From a virus: DNA of 64,000 bases. Shown one piece after another: positions 48,377-58,338 of this stretch. Both the position numbers and the translations under genes were made by a program. The number at the start of each line of letters is the position of its first letter. The first letter of the stretch is position 1. The DNA lies in IMG/VR virus record IMGVR_UViG_3300017963_000025, positions 1 through 64,000 of that record; one strand, written 5' to 3'. The notes beneath the pieces were generated by a model. It saw only the letters and a program-made list of their open reading frames with translations. It was not told the DNA's origin and ran no database searches.

Positions 48377-49948
48377 GTGAATAAACAAAAGTATGAATTT
48401 GAGGACGAACCTATCAGGGGATATCCTGAACTCAGATGGCAGGGGAAACGTCCTTTCCGGTCCACCCAGTTTTACCCGGCTCAGTTGAAGGAAACGTACG
48501 GGAAACCTGTGGACGGATGGCTTAACAGGATATATTGGGGAGACAATCATCAAGTTATGAGTCACCTAATGAAGGAATTCAGGGGAAAAGTGCAGTTGAT
48601 TTATATAGATCCTCCGTTTAACAGCAAGGCGGAGTATAAAAAGAAAGTGATTTTGAAAGGAAAGCACCATTCGGTATTTGAAGAGAAACAATATACTGAT
48701 ATCTGGACAAACGATGATTATTTGCAGTTCATGTATGAACGATTGATATTATGCCGAGAATTGCTATCTGATCAAGGAAGCATATATATTCATTTAGGCC
48801 CAAATATAAGCCATTATGTAAAAACAATAGTCGATGGAGTTTTCGGCCCTTCAAATTTTTTAAATGAATTAATTTGGAAAAGAGCTTTCGGTCATAGTGA
48901 TTCAGGAAAATTTGGAGCTATTCATGATATAATTTTATTTTATGGAAAAAACAAACAAAGGATATGGAATAAACTTTTCCAGAAACCTGATAAAGAATAT
49001 ATTAACCGTTTCTTTGATAGTTATGACAAAGAAAGAAACGAGAGATACCAGCGGCTTAGTCTCTCGGCAGGGGGATTGACAGGAGGAGGTTATGACTATG
49101 AGTACAAGGGAGTACGAACAAACTGGCGATGTCCACTTTCCACTTTAAAAAAGCATGATAAAGAAAAAAGGCTGCATTGGCCAAAAAATGGCGGTGTACC
49201 ACGCTTGAAGAAATATGAAAGCGAATACAAAGGGATGCCTATACAAGACTTATGGCTCGACATTAGTAAGATTCATAATCAGTCTCCAGAACTATACGGT
49301 TATCCTACTCAAAAGCCAGAAGCTCTTCTCGAACGTATAATCATGGCCTCTTCCAACCCAAGTGATCTTGTCTTGGATTGTTTCATGGGGTCCGGAACAA
49401 CACAAGCCGTTGCAATGAAACTCGGTCGCCGCTTTATCGGAGCCGACATCAATCTCGGCGCTATTCAGATAACCACAAAGCGCCTCCTGTCCGTGGCCGC
49501 CAATCTGAAACAGCAAAACGCCCAGGTCCAAATCGATACCGATTCAGATGATGATTTGATCCATTACACCGGCTTTTCCGTGTACAACGTGGAAATTCTC
49601 CGGGATGAAGCAAATCTCGAATTCAAGCGGGACTCTGAGGCGAAAGTCATTGTGAGCAATGGTAAACTGGTCATTGAACAGTTTTATCCCATGAATCTTC
49701 TACAAAAACTAAGTCTGTTCGAAGAAAATGTCGAAGACTGGCGAGAACTTACGGAATCCGTCATGGTCGACTGGAATTATGACGGTGATGTATTGCGGCC
49801 GGAAATCACCGACATTCCGGGAAAGAACAAACTGGTCAAAGGCGAGTACAAAATCCCGAAAAAGTATAGCAGAATAAGAGTTAAGATAACTGATATGCTG
49901 TCGGAACACTGGGAAGGCGATGTGTCAATGGCTATGCGCGGTCAATAG
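48377..49948 (+). CDS. N6-adenine methyltransferase, type III R-M Mod-like
   Basis: WGDN..M, LIYIDPPF, YPTQKPE.LLERII, VLDCFMGSGTT. Confidence 0.88.
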   Translation: MNKQKYEFEDEPIRGYPELRWQGKRPFRSTQFYPAQLKETYGKPVDGWLNRIYWGDNHQVMSHLMKEFRGKVQLIYIDPPFNSKAEYKKKVILKGKHHSVFEEKQYTDIWTNDDYLQFMYERLILCRELLSDQGSIYIHLGPNISHYVKTIVDGVFGPSNFLNELIWKRAFGHSDSGKFGAIHDIILFYGKNKQRIWNKLFQKPDKEYINRFFDSYDKERNERYQRLSLSAGGLTGGGYDYEYKGVRTNWRCPLSTLKKHDKEKRLHWPKNGGVPRLKKYESEYKGMPIQDLWLDISKIHNQSPELYGYPTQKPEALLERIIMASSNPSDLVLDCFMGSGTTQAVAMKLGRRFIGADINLGAIQITTKRLLSVAANLKQQNAQVQIDTDSDDDLIHYTGFSVYNVEILRDEANLEFKRDSEAKVIVSNGKLVIEQFYPMNLLQKLSLFEENVEDWRELTESVMVDWNYDGDVLRPEITDIPGKNKLVKGEYKIPKKYSRIRVKITDMLSEHWEGDVSMAMRGQ

Positions 49949-50057
49949 GAATGAGTGTGAATCGAATTGATGCGAATATTGTGAATTGAAAGAAACGGAC
50001 AAGGGAAGGTATGTCCTTCTGTCCTCTTCACTTTCCCAATTCTTTTGAAAAAAACTA

Positions 50058-50131
50058 AAAAAATATGAAAAATAATGCTTGACAATTGCCTTAAAAGGAA
50101 TTATTATATATTTCAGACAGCGAGAGAAACC
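50058..50131 (+). promoter_or_regulatory. Repeated strong early promoter
   Basis: TTGACA 50079-50084, TATTAT 50102-50107, same leader CAGACAGCGAGAGAAACC. Confidence 0.88.
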
Positions 50132-50149
50132 CAAAACAAAAAGGATATG

Positions 50150-50167
50150 TCCGCAAACGTTTGCGGA
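50150..50167. repeat. 18-bp palindrome, copy 15 (5' leader, just before the RBS)
   Basis: Exact match; extends to 22 bp. Confidence 0.97.
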
Positions 50168-50184
50168 CAGAAAAGGAGGGTCAA

Positions 50185-50481
50185 ATGAATAGGTTAAAAA
50201 AAATTTATTCGGATTGTAAAGTCTTGGGTTTGAGTCAAATGATAGTGGATGGTTCCAAATGGTATGATACACAGGTGACTGATTTTAATGATATTATGAT
50301 TATTGCCGAACGAGGCTGTGATGGCCTCGGGCGCAAAATTCGCAAAATGGCATTGTCTTTACAAGACATTGATGGCTGCCAAAAACTTGTTGATTTTGAC
50401 CCGGAAGAAATTTTGCTTATTTACGGTGATCAAATAAAAAAAAGAGAGAATTCGGATACCGACGTATGGAGGGAAATATGA
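50185..50481 (+). CDS. Hypothetical protein
   Basis: AAGGAGG RBS. Confidence 0.55.
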   Translation: MNRLKKIYSDCKVLGLSQMIVDGSKWYDTQVTDFNDIMIIAERGCDGLGRKIRKMALSLQDIDGCQKLVDFDPEEILLIYGDQIKKRENSDTDVWREI

Positions 50482-50750
50482 TGATCTGCTATGCACTCAT
50501 TAACAAACAGAAACGATATGCCAGTCGGGTACAGTGTGACCGTTCGTTTGTCGAATCCGTAATGTTGAACCATGATGTGCTTCGCGGGATGTGCAAAATA
50601 GAATTCGGCGCTCATCCGGTAATATTCGATTCCTTAACGGAAGTGAAGAAAATTGCCACACATAAAGGATTGCGCGTGGTCACGCTGAAAAAATGGTTTA
50701 CCGACTTTATAGAGGGAAAATCAAAGCAGATTTTAAGTGAGTCAACGTGA
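50478..50750 (+). CDS. Hypothetical protein
   Basis: GGAGG RBS, ATGA overlap. Confidence 0.5.
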   Translation: MMICYALINKQKRYASRVQCDRSFVESVMLNHDVLRGMCKIEFGAHPVIFDSLTEVKKIATHKGLRVVTLKKWFTDFIEGKSKQILSEST

Positions 50751-50841
50751 GATGAGAAAACCAAACTTTATGAGTCACCCATATTAGATAAGTGAGGCCG
50801 AAATCTTAAAGACGCCGTAAGCAAACGGAGGAATATTACAT

Positions 50842-51297
50842 ATGAAGTATGACAAAGAATTGTTTCGTGCGGCAATCGCCATTGCCAGGGACCGCAAAAT
50901 CAATGATTATACGCACATCAAACTGATTTATGATAATTTGCATGATACATTCAAAGGAACATCCGAACAGTCTCAACGCACAACGGATAAAACAGATGGT
51001 ATACCGAAACTACCGACAGATATCAATCCGATCATTGTCGTTCGAAGAACTGCTAATTTTGATAATGCCTGTGACACGGCAAACCGATTAGTGGCAGAAT
51101 TACTAAAACGTGATGGGGGCGGGGATTATGATGCTATGCCGGAGTTTGATAGTGTGTGGCATGCCCTCCGTATTTCACTGGTAACATATTATATGTATAC
51201 CCATATAACCCGCCTTATTCATGTTTACGAGTTTGAGGTATCCGTAACCTGTCAGAAGAAAGATGATGTTTATGTGAAAGAATTAGCGGAAACTTAA
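50842..51297 (+). CDS. Hypothetical protein
   Basis: GGAGG RBS. Confidence 0.55.
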   Translation: MKYDKELFRAAIAIARDRKINDYTHIKLIYDNLHDTFKGTSEQSQRTTDKTDGIPKLPTDINPIIVVRRTANFDNACDTANRLVAELLKRDGGGDYDAMPEFDSVWHALRISLVTYYMYTHITRLIHVYEFEVSVTCQKKDDVYVKELAET

Positions 51298-51373
51298 CAT
51301 CGCAGTAAAGATTGAATCCCGGTTATATTTTATATTCATCACGCAAAATACATCCAAATGAAAGAGGTGTAAC

Positions 51374-51610
51374 ATGGAAATAAAACCACTGGTAAGAGGT
51401 TGTTATGATGTTCAAAAACTGCGCATCCAATTTGGAAACCGGATATGCACCGCGTTCAAGACCAAAATTGGAATCAAACCGCGGAGGCAAACGACAACCA
51501 TTAGCGTCATTAATTATAAGACAACCAAAGAAGTAAATAAAGAGATGATGGCGGCAGAGACATTGAACAATAACAATAGAAGGAGGGAATGGGAAAATGA
51601 CCAAATTTGA
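51374..51610 (+). pseudogene. N-terminal fragment of a phage IS110/Nop-domain (Tas-like) protein
   Basis: LVRGCYDVQKLRIQFGNRI..FK.KIG..P resembles the start of phage IS110-related proteins (from memory); resemblance ends after about 36 aa. Confidence 0.5.
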
Positions 51611-51770
51611 AGCGGATACCAAGATGCGGGATATTGTTCTGGAAACCCGCAGGGATGTGGAGTCCATAAAGTTCTACAGAGAAAACGGTCATACGGCGGC
51701 ATGTGCCAAACGTATGGTATTTGAAGGAAAAAACTGTAATTGTGGTGTTAAGGAAAAAACGGAATAACCG

Positions 51771-51788
51771 TCCGCAAACGTTTGCGGA
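51771..51788. repeat. 18-bp palindrome, copy 16
   Basis: Exact match; shares the TAACCG flank with copy 10. Confidence 0.97.
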
Positions 51789-51811
51789 TGAAAAAAGGGA
51801 GGAAACAAATT

Positions 51812-52159
51812 ATGAAACTGATCAACCTGACTCCGCATCCGGTGGTTATTATTGGTGATGATGCTGAAATTGCTATTGAAATCCCACCAGAAAAGAAATC
51901 GGCACGACTGGCGGAGAGCACGGTGCCATTGTCCCCCGTTGAATGCGACGGCGTAACGATTCCGATGCTAAAAAAGACTTATGTGACAGCGGAAAATTTA
52001 CCAGATGAACAACCCGACACACGGTATATTGTATCCGTGCTGGTGTTGCTGGCCCTAAGGGATATCCGCCATGATTTGGTCTGCCCGGATACCGGCCCAG
52101 GTAGCGTGGTTCGGGATGCGGACGGGAATATTATCGGTATCAGACGGTTGCAAAAATAG
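51812..52159 (+). CDS. Conserved hypothetical protein (NLTPH family)
   Basis: INLTPH, LP......YIVS, R.DL..P, VRD..G.IIG. Confidence 0.65.
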   Translation: MKLINLTPHPVVIIGDDAEIAIEIPPEKKSARLAESTVPLSPVECDGVTIPMLKKTYVTAENLPDEQPDTRYIVSVLVLLALRDIRHDLVCPDTGPGSVVRDADGNIIGIRRLQK

Positions 52160-53799
52160 GGAGAAACATGTTCAAAATCACCCGACTCACCAAAAATCTG
52201 GAGATTACCGCGAGGATTGTCAAAGCTTATGCCAAATCATTGGGCGGAGGGTGTGACATAGACCTGACAGACAAGGACAATCCCATATTTTTGGGCGGGG
52301 ATCATGTGTTGGAAGACGCCTGTTACAAAGAGGCGTTGAAACATATTTCACAACAAAACATGGAGGAAGAAGATGAACACCTATGAATACGAATTACGCA
52401 GATTGAAGCATTATACGAAACCAAAAGAGGACCGGGAAAAATTGGAATATCCGGTAACGGGGGGTGACTCGGAATATAAATGGGTATGTTCCCTATGTGG
52501 CAATTTACATACGCCAAACACCCCATGCCAATGTACAAGATAAATGGGAGGGTACAATGACTACACGATGTTCGACATATAAGAAAATTATTGTCATACG
52601 TCGCCGTACTTTGAACGGAAGATTTTAATGAATAATTTATTAAGAGGAGGAAACCATGTTTGAATTTTTGAAACCGCTGAATTGTTGTTCCCGATGTATC
52701 GGGGAAAGTACGTCTGACAATTGCGACGGGTGTCTTGGCACACCGTGCGGACTTTGCTATTGGTGCAAAAAGACCAAAAATGAAACGATTGATTTGTCAT
52801 CGGTTACGGATGACAAGCATTCCTACCAACCCAAAAAACCGGAGTAACCACATGCCTAAAAAGTGGCCGATATGGAAGACGAAAAGTGAGAAAGTAGTAA
52901 TCAAAAAAAAGACTTCTTCCGGAAATACGTGTCAGACCAAATGCCCGTTGTGCGGGCATTTACAGAAAATTAGTATTACCAATTGGACATGCAAGAAATG
53001 CCATGGAAACATGGTGCCAAACGGAGGTTAGTATGGAAAAAAAGAAAAAAACAATTCCACATACCCAGGGGATGCACAAGTTTGTCTGCGTGGTGTGTAA
53101 AACCGAGTTCAGTACCAAAAATACCCGTTGGCGGGGGGTCACCACGCACGGCCCCGGCGAGAATGACAAGATTTATCATATCTGTGAGGATTGCCGGGGT
53201 CCGCTTGACGAACTAATTGAAAACGGATTTGTAAAGAAGTGTAACTGCTGGGAGTGGCGGTGCCGGAGGGATCATGGGGAATAGCAGATTATATCAAGTA
53301 AAGTTTGCCGGACAGGAAGATACGTTCGTTGCCGATGCGGACGAAATGGACATCACCGGCAACGGGGATCTGGTGTTGTTCAGCGGGAAGCGGGCGTGGC
53401 TTGCCGTCGCCAAAGGTGCGTGGGTGTGGTGCAAGCGAACGGACGAATCCCCGGAGAAAAAGAAACGGAAGTGGTCACTATAAATAACGAGCGGGTTTGG
53501 GCGTAGACGCGGATCGATAGGAAACCATGCCATGGCGGCTTGCCGAGCGACAGGTGAAATAACTGTGAACAGAAAGAGAGGTGCGGTATGAAATGGAAAA
53601 CATTTAGTGTGAGGGATATCCATACCCTGTGTCGTTTTCAAAAACAGGCAAGTGATGAAAATCGGATATTTGTGTCATCCACGAAAACGAACGGGTTCGT
53701 TTTCCACGTCGGTGATGACGATAGCAGTTTTTCGTTTCGTTCGGAGGTGGAGACAGACATTCGGTACGGAAACGCGAAAGAGAGAAAGGGAGGTGTCGG

Positions 53800-54048
53800 A
53801 TGAAAAATTACACAGCGGTATTAAATTTTGAAAAAAAAGGCGTATCCTTGGAATTTGCGGACTTTCCGGGATGTGCGTTGGTGGGAAACAATGCGAATTG
53901 GGTAAAAGAAAACGCACCCTCCACATTGGCAGAGCATGTATGGCGGATGAGAAGCAGCGGGCATTATATACCCGATCCCGCACCATACTGGAAGGTAGTA
54001 TCAGACAACACCGATGCCCACGGATTTTTTTCCGTGGTGATTGATTAA
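53800..54048 (+). CDS. HicB-like antitoxin (orphan)
   Basis: Y.AV......V.LEF.DFPGC...G....L..H.......IP.P. Confidence 0.6.
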   Translation: MKNYTAVLNFEKKGVSLEFADFPGCALVGNNANWVKENAPSTLAEHVWRMRSSGHYIPDPAPYWKVVSDNTDAHGFFSVVID

Positions 54049-54472
54049 TCAGGAGGTCGTATGGGAACATTATATCCGAAAGATGCAATTGACCAATTGG
54101 TTTCGTACCCGACACAATCAAACCGGAATGTTCTTCTTTCCGTTATTCGGTGTTACTTGTCCGACGTGCGTGAAGCATATGAGGAATATGTGGAAAAAAT
54201 TTCGAGCATTCCTCCGGATTTGAGGCCGAGTTTGCAAGAAATTATCGACGAATACGAATATGCGCAGATGATCTGTGAAGACTATGGGGGATAATATGAT
54301 TCCGGTGGTGAAACCAAAAAAACTGTACTGTGAAAAGTGCGGGGTGCCGAAGCCGGAGCATCCGAACGACAATGGGTGGATGATGTCCTTTGTCCGTGTG
54401 CTGTGTCCGCATTGTCGCAACACGGACAAGGAGGATTCCACCTATCCGGATCGGGATAAACCATAGCAAGTC

Positions 54473-54502
54473 AAACCGGTCCTCTTCGGGCCGGTTTTTT
54501 TA
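54473..54502 (+). terminator. Rho-independent terminator
   Basis: AAACCGGTCC-TCTTC-GGGCCGGTTT plus T tract. Confidence 0.8.
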
Positions 54503-54573
54503 TTTGACAAATCCCCGCTTCCTTTTGTATGTTGGAAATAATTCCATACCAAACATACGGGAGGACAACCCAC

Positions 54574-55089
54574 ATGAAAAAAGAATTCCTTGACGCAATG
54601 AATGTCCATATGCTGGCAGAATTGCAATCATCCTATGTGTATATGTCCATGGCAGCATGGTTGGATTTTTCCAACCGTCCGGGGATGGCGAAATGGATGA
54701 TGAAACAGGCTGCGGAGGAGCACGAACACGCGCTCATGTTCTACCGGCATATTACTGACCGGGGCGGACGGGCCGTATGGCCAAACTTGCCCCAATTGAA
54801 AATCAATTGGAAAAACTGTACGGAGCTGTGGACCGACACATACAACCACGAAAAGGAGATTACCCAAAAAATCCAAAATCTGTTGGCACTGGCCCGAAAG
54901 AGCGGGGAACACCCCTCCGAATATTTCCTCATCGAATTTTTGGCGGAACAAATCGAGGAGGAAAAGATGACGCATGATATCCTGATGAAGATCAAATCTG
55001 TGGAGGGGGACGCATCCGGTATGATCTTTATGGATGACAAATTGGGAAAACGATCTGGGACCGAACCAATGCCAAAATTGGCCGACTGA
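54574..55089 (+). CDS. ftnA: Non-haem ferritin
   Basis: E..SS.VY.SMA.W, EE..HA..F, HEK.IT..I..L, FL.EQ.EEE; GGAGG RBS. Confidence 0.92.
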   Translation: MKKEFLDAMNVHMLAELQSSYVYMSMAAWLDFSNRPGMAKWMMKQAAEEHEHALMFYRHITDRGGRAVWPNLPQLKINWKNCTELWTDTYNHEKEITQKIQNLLALARKSGEHPSEYFLIEFLAEQIEEEKMTHDILMKIKSVEGDASGMIFMDDKLGKRSGTEPMPKLAD

Positions 55090-55107
55090 TACCCAAAAAA
55101 TCGAATA

Positions 55108-55125
55108 TCCGCAACCGTTTGCGGA
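55108..55125. repeat. 18-bp palindrome, copy 17 (1 mismatch)
   Basis: TCCGCAACCGTTTGCGGA. Confidence 0.9.
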
Positions 55126-55245
55126 GTTGGTTGGTGTGCCACGGTGCAAAATTGACGTCTATTTTTCATCCTGTCATAGTATCCTTATCTGCTAACGTGA
55201 TCACAATGGCCATGTGACAAACGATGATAAGGGGGAATCATTCCA

Positions 55246-55899
55246 ATGGAAGAAAATCATAACTATGACAAGGAGAATACCATGCAAAACAACAGTGGCG
55301 TAGGATTCACGGATGCGGGGGTGTTGGCGCTTTTGGCGGATACCGCGAGAGCCGGGAGAGGCGGAGGCTATTGGGGCGGAGAGGGTTACGGACCGGGAGG
55401 TTACGGACCGTTTTCGTCTCCGAGTTCTACCGCCGTCCGACTGGAACGGAATGCCAAAGCAACCGAGGATGAGGCGGATTGTACCCGTCAATTGTTCGGA
55501 CAGGCATTCTCGTCAATTCGGGATGCTTTTGAAAATCAGACGCGTTCCGGTCAGTTCAACGATCTGTGCCAAAGAATTTCTCAGAATGATGTACGGGTTA
55601 CGGACAACCAATTCCGTGCGGAGCTGCGAAATTCGGACAGAATCGCGGCACTACAACAAATGGTCAATGATTTTCGTGCCGAAGCTGCAAAGTGCTGTTG
55701 CGACAACAGATTAGAACTGTGTCAGGTCGAAAGCCGGTTGTCTGCAAAGATGGAAGCACTGTCCAAAGAAAGCGTATTGCGTGATCTGAACCGGGCCGAA
55801 CGGCAGTTGCAGACGCAGACAATTATTAGCACCTGTGGCTGCGGGTGCCAGGGCGGTGTCCGGCCATGCCCGCCCCATCCGCATCCACACCCTCACTAG
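55246..55899 (+). CDS. Gly-rich, coiled-coil, CCC-containing phage protein
   Basis: GGGYWGG, KCCCD, CGCGC, PH repeats. Confidence 0.6.
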   Translation: MEENHNYDKENTMQNNSGVGFTDAGVLALLADTARAGRGGGYWGGEGYGPGGYGPFSSPSSTAVRLERNAKATEDEADCTRQLFGQAFSSIRDAFENQTRSGQFNDLCQRISQNDVRVTDNQFRAELRNSDRIAALQQMVNDFRAEAAKCCCDNRLELCQVESRLSAKMEALSKESVLRDLNRAERQLQTQTIISTCGCGCQGGVRPCPPHPHPHPH

Positions 55900-56303
55900 G
55901 CCCCGGACATCCGTGTCCCGAAGGTATTCTGGCGTTGTATGAGGAATTTCTTCAACGCCAGAAACAGGCGCAGGGCCAGGGGCAGTTCAGCGATGATGAT
56001 GTGAACATTAACATCAATGTGGACCAAACCGCCGACGCAACCGGCGGTGAGGGAGGTTCGGGGCAGAACGACAACGGGGATAGAAAAGTTGAAATCTGCC
56101 ACGACGGGCAAACACTCGAAGTATCTGTAAACGCATTACCCGCACATTATGGTCACGGCGATACATTGGGGCCATGCCCCCCGGTGATTGACGCGGGGGT
56201 CACCACGGCAACACCGCCAACGGAAGCAAAGACAAACGGATCATCTGGCCTTCCCAACGGGATTGGGCTGAAAAACGGAAACGGTACTACGCCGGACGCA
56301 TAA
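55845..56303 (+). CDS. Probable frameshifted continuation of the previous gene, with a KVxICH...AH..HGD..GPC domain
   Basis: No good start or RBS; GPGHPCP continues the PHPHPH tract. Confidence 0.45.
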   Translation: MPGRCPAMPAPSASTPSLGPGHPCPEGILALYEEFLQRQKQAQGQGQFSDDDVNININVDQTADATGGEGGSGQNDNGDRKVEICHDGQTLEVSVNALPAHYGHGDTLGPCPPVIDAGVTTATPPTEAKTNGSSGLPNGIGLKNGNGTTPDA

Positions 56304-56327
56304 ACGCGGGACGGCATGACAATTATC

Positions 56328-56373
56328 GGGCGGATATTCCGATTTAAAATCGGGGTGTCCGCCTTTTGTTTTT
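56328..56373 (+). terminator. Rho-independent terminator
   Basis: GGCGGATATTCCGATT/AATCGGGGTGTCCGCC plus T tract. Confidence 0.75.
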
Positions 56374-56416
56374 GGTCGAACGATACTTGACAATTGCCCT
56401 ATAGGGTGTTAGTATA

Positions 56417-56986
56417 ATGGGAGCTGACAGGGTGACAACAGATGAACAGGTCAGGAGAGGATTGAAAAAAATGCGGGTGGGCAATGCCTACCGGGTAAAA
56501 TTACCGGATGATTTGTCCGCTGATGAACTGAATGAATTGAATATTGTGCGCGGGGATAGTATTGTGGTTCATGTGGTGGCCCATGTGGAGTGTCAACTTG
56601 TGGTACGCTATTGGCTGAAACAACGGCGGGTATGGCGGTATTCGGTGGAATCTCCCGCACTGTTCTTGTCAGATGACATTGCATGGGTGTCGAAAGCCAC
56701 GGATATCCGACGATGTGCCAAACCAAGGTTTGGTTACGGGCCGTGCGGGTTCAGAAAAGAGGCCGAATGGCGGATATTATTGGTTATTTGGCAAATGTAT
56801 AGGGATAAAATCCCGTCCGGGAAGATTGCCGATGCGCTCAATCATGCGGGATACCGGGATAGCCGATCCAAATCCGTATCCGGGTTATGGACATCGTCCC
56901 GTGTCAATCGGATGATTCGCGCCATCAAAACGGACGGATGTTACAATGAAATCAAAACAGGAGGGAATAATAATGTGGCCGTTTAA
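56417..56986 (+). CDS. Protein with a C-terminal serine-recombinase-type DNA-binding (Recombinase) domain and no catalytic domain
   Basis: FGYG.....E....I..MY....S..IADALN..G.......W....V..MI. Confidence 0.5.
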   Translation: MGADRVTTDEQVRRGLKKMRVGNAYRVKLPDDLSADELNELNIVRGDSIVVHVVAHVECQLVVRYWLKQRRVWRYSVESPALFLSDDIAWVSKATDIRRCAKPRFGYGPCGFRKEAEWRILLVIWQMYRDKIPSGKIADALNHAGYRDSRSKSVSGLWTSSRVNRMIRAIKTDGCYNEIKTGGNNNVAV

Positions 56987-57176
56987 AAAAGCCGGAAGCA
57001 ACCGTCCAACAGACCAGATGGAGGACCGCATCAGGGAACTGTATGCGATCAAAGCGGAACGCGGGCATTTGACAAAATCGGAACAAGCTGAATTCGACAC
57101 ATTGGAAACCGCATGGTTTAACAAAAACCAAGAAAAACTACGGTCTATGGCCGAACGTCCGTGCTACAAAATAAAC

Positions 57177-57205
57177 TTGACAAATTCCGAATAAGGTGTT
57201 ATTCT
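57177..57205 (+). promoter_or_regulatory. Sigma70-type promoter
   Basis: TTGACA-17 nt-TATTCT with TG extension. Confidence 0.6.
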
Positions 57206-57245
57206 ATATTTTGATAAAATATAATTGAAGGAGGAATAACACCGC

Positions 57246-57566
57246 ATGGAAAAGCAAAGGAATATTATCGCTGTCGGCAAAATCGCAGATCAGATGGGAG
57301 TATCCGTTCGGACAGTCCGTGGATGGACGGATATACTGATTAAAAACGGACACGCACGGAGAATCGGAGGGGGTGCGGTTCGTGGCCGCTATATCTATTA
57401 TAGTACGTCAATTCCGTTCCTTCGGATACGAAACGCAATACCAATCACCGTTCGCGAAAATGCCACTTACGTAAACGGGCGTGGTTGGTATGTCGGTGAG
57501 GAAAAAATAGGAAAAAATATGAATGATGCCTATGACTACCTGATTCGGGAGGGTATCGTTCAATAA
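57246..57566 (+). CDS. HTH DNA-binding protein
   Basis: IADQMGVSVRTVRGW; AAGGAGG RBS. Confidence 0.65.
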   Translation: MEKQRNIIAVGKIADQMGVSVRTVRGWTDILIKNGHARRIGGGAVRGRYIYYSTSIPFLRIRNAIPITVRENATYVNGRGWYVGEEKIGKNMNDAYDYLIREGIVQ

Positions 57567-57585
57567 CAAAACGGGGTATCGGAAA

Positions 57586-58107
57586 ATGAAATTAATCAGA
57601 ATTATTTTTGCGGGAATCGTGTTGTCTTTTTTCGGGTGTGACGTATTGGATGACGACGATAACGGGGAGCCGGAACCGGCAGAGGTTACGGACGTATCCG
57701 ACCGGTGGGTATCCTCCGAGTTTATCCGCGTGGCGGGAATCCGCGACTATTTGTATGCGGATATTGTGTTTTTGTCCGGCTCGAATTCCTTCCGGGGGTA
57801 CGTGGCCGAGTACTCCACCTGTGTGGAGCATACAGAGGAGGTTGCGTTTTGCATGGACAAGCGGGATGCGACGGACCCCGTGTCCGGGTTATGGTCCCCG
57901 GAAAATGACGTGGGGTATCTTACAATCAACGGGATTGATTACGCCCTGTCCAAAACTTCCGAAGACGCGTATCACATTGAGTGGGTGTTGGTATCAGAGG
58001 AAAACCGATATAATAATTGGTATGTCCTTATGTATAAACAGCTTATCACAAAAAGTTACAAGGATAATGGTCAGGATTGTCAGCATCCTGATTCATGGTA
58101 TTGCTAG
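57586..58107 (+). CDS. Predicted lipoprotein
   Basis: Hydrophobic signal plus FFGC lipobox, acidic linker. Confidence 0.6.
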   Translation: MKLIRIIFAGIVLSFFGCDVLDDDDNGEPEPAEVTDVSDRWVSSEFIRVAGIRDYLYADIVFLSGSNSFRGYVAEYSTCVEHTEEVAFCMDKRDATDPVSGLWSPENDVGYLTINGIDYALSKTSEDAYHIEWVLVSEENRYNNWYVLMYKQLITKSYKDNGQDCQHPDSWYC

Positions 58108-58338
58108 TTTCCCTGCTGATGTTCCGGAGCGGAGACATTTGACCACGATTTTGACGTGGGAGTCATAGAGGCGTTTGACGGAACGGGTGACTTGTGGGTG
58201 GAATAGTAACCCTCTTAAAACCGATAACTTAGTGGGAAACCCCGGAGTGGTCACATGATACAAAATGGCCGGAATCAGCGAGAAGGATTTTGCACTATAA
58301 TATGCGCAAGAAATCAATTAATCGTCGTAGGAGACAAT

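Noticed and set aside
51812-52159. Anti-CRISPR ring nuclease (AcrIII-1/DUF1874)
   Set aside because: Similar size only; the family motifs were not recognised
35440-56986. Integration module
   Set aside because: An excisionase-like HTH and a Recombinase domain are present, but no catalytic integrase or att site is visible; lifestyle unresolved
58100-58260. Possible further methyltransferase remnant (ASFPADVPER, EAFDGTG)
   Set aside because: Too short and fragmented to support
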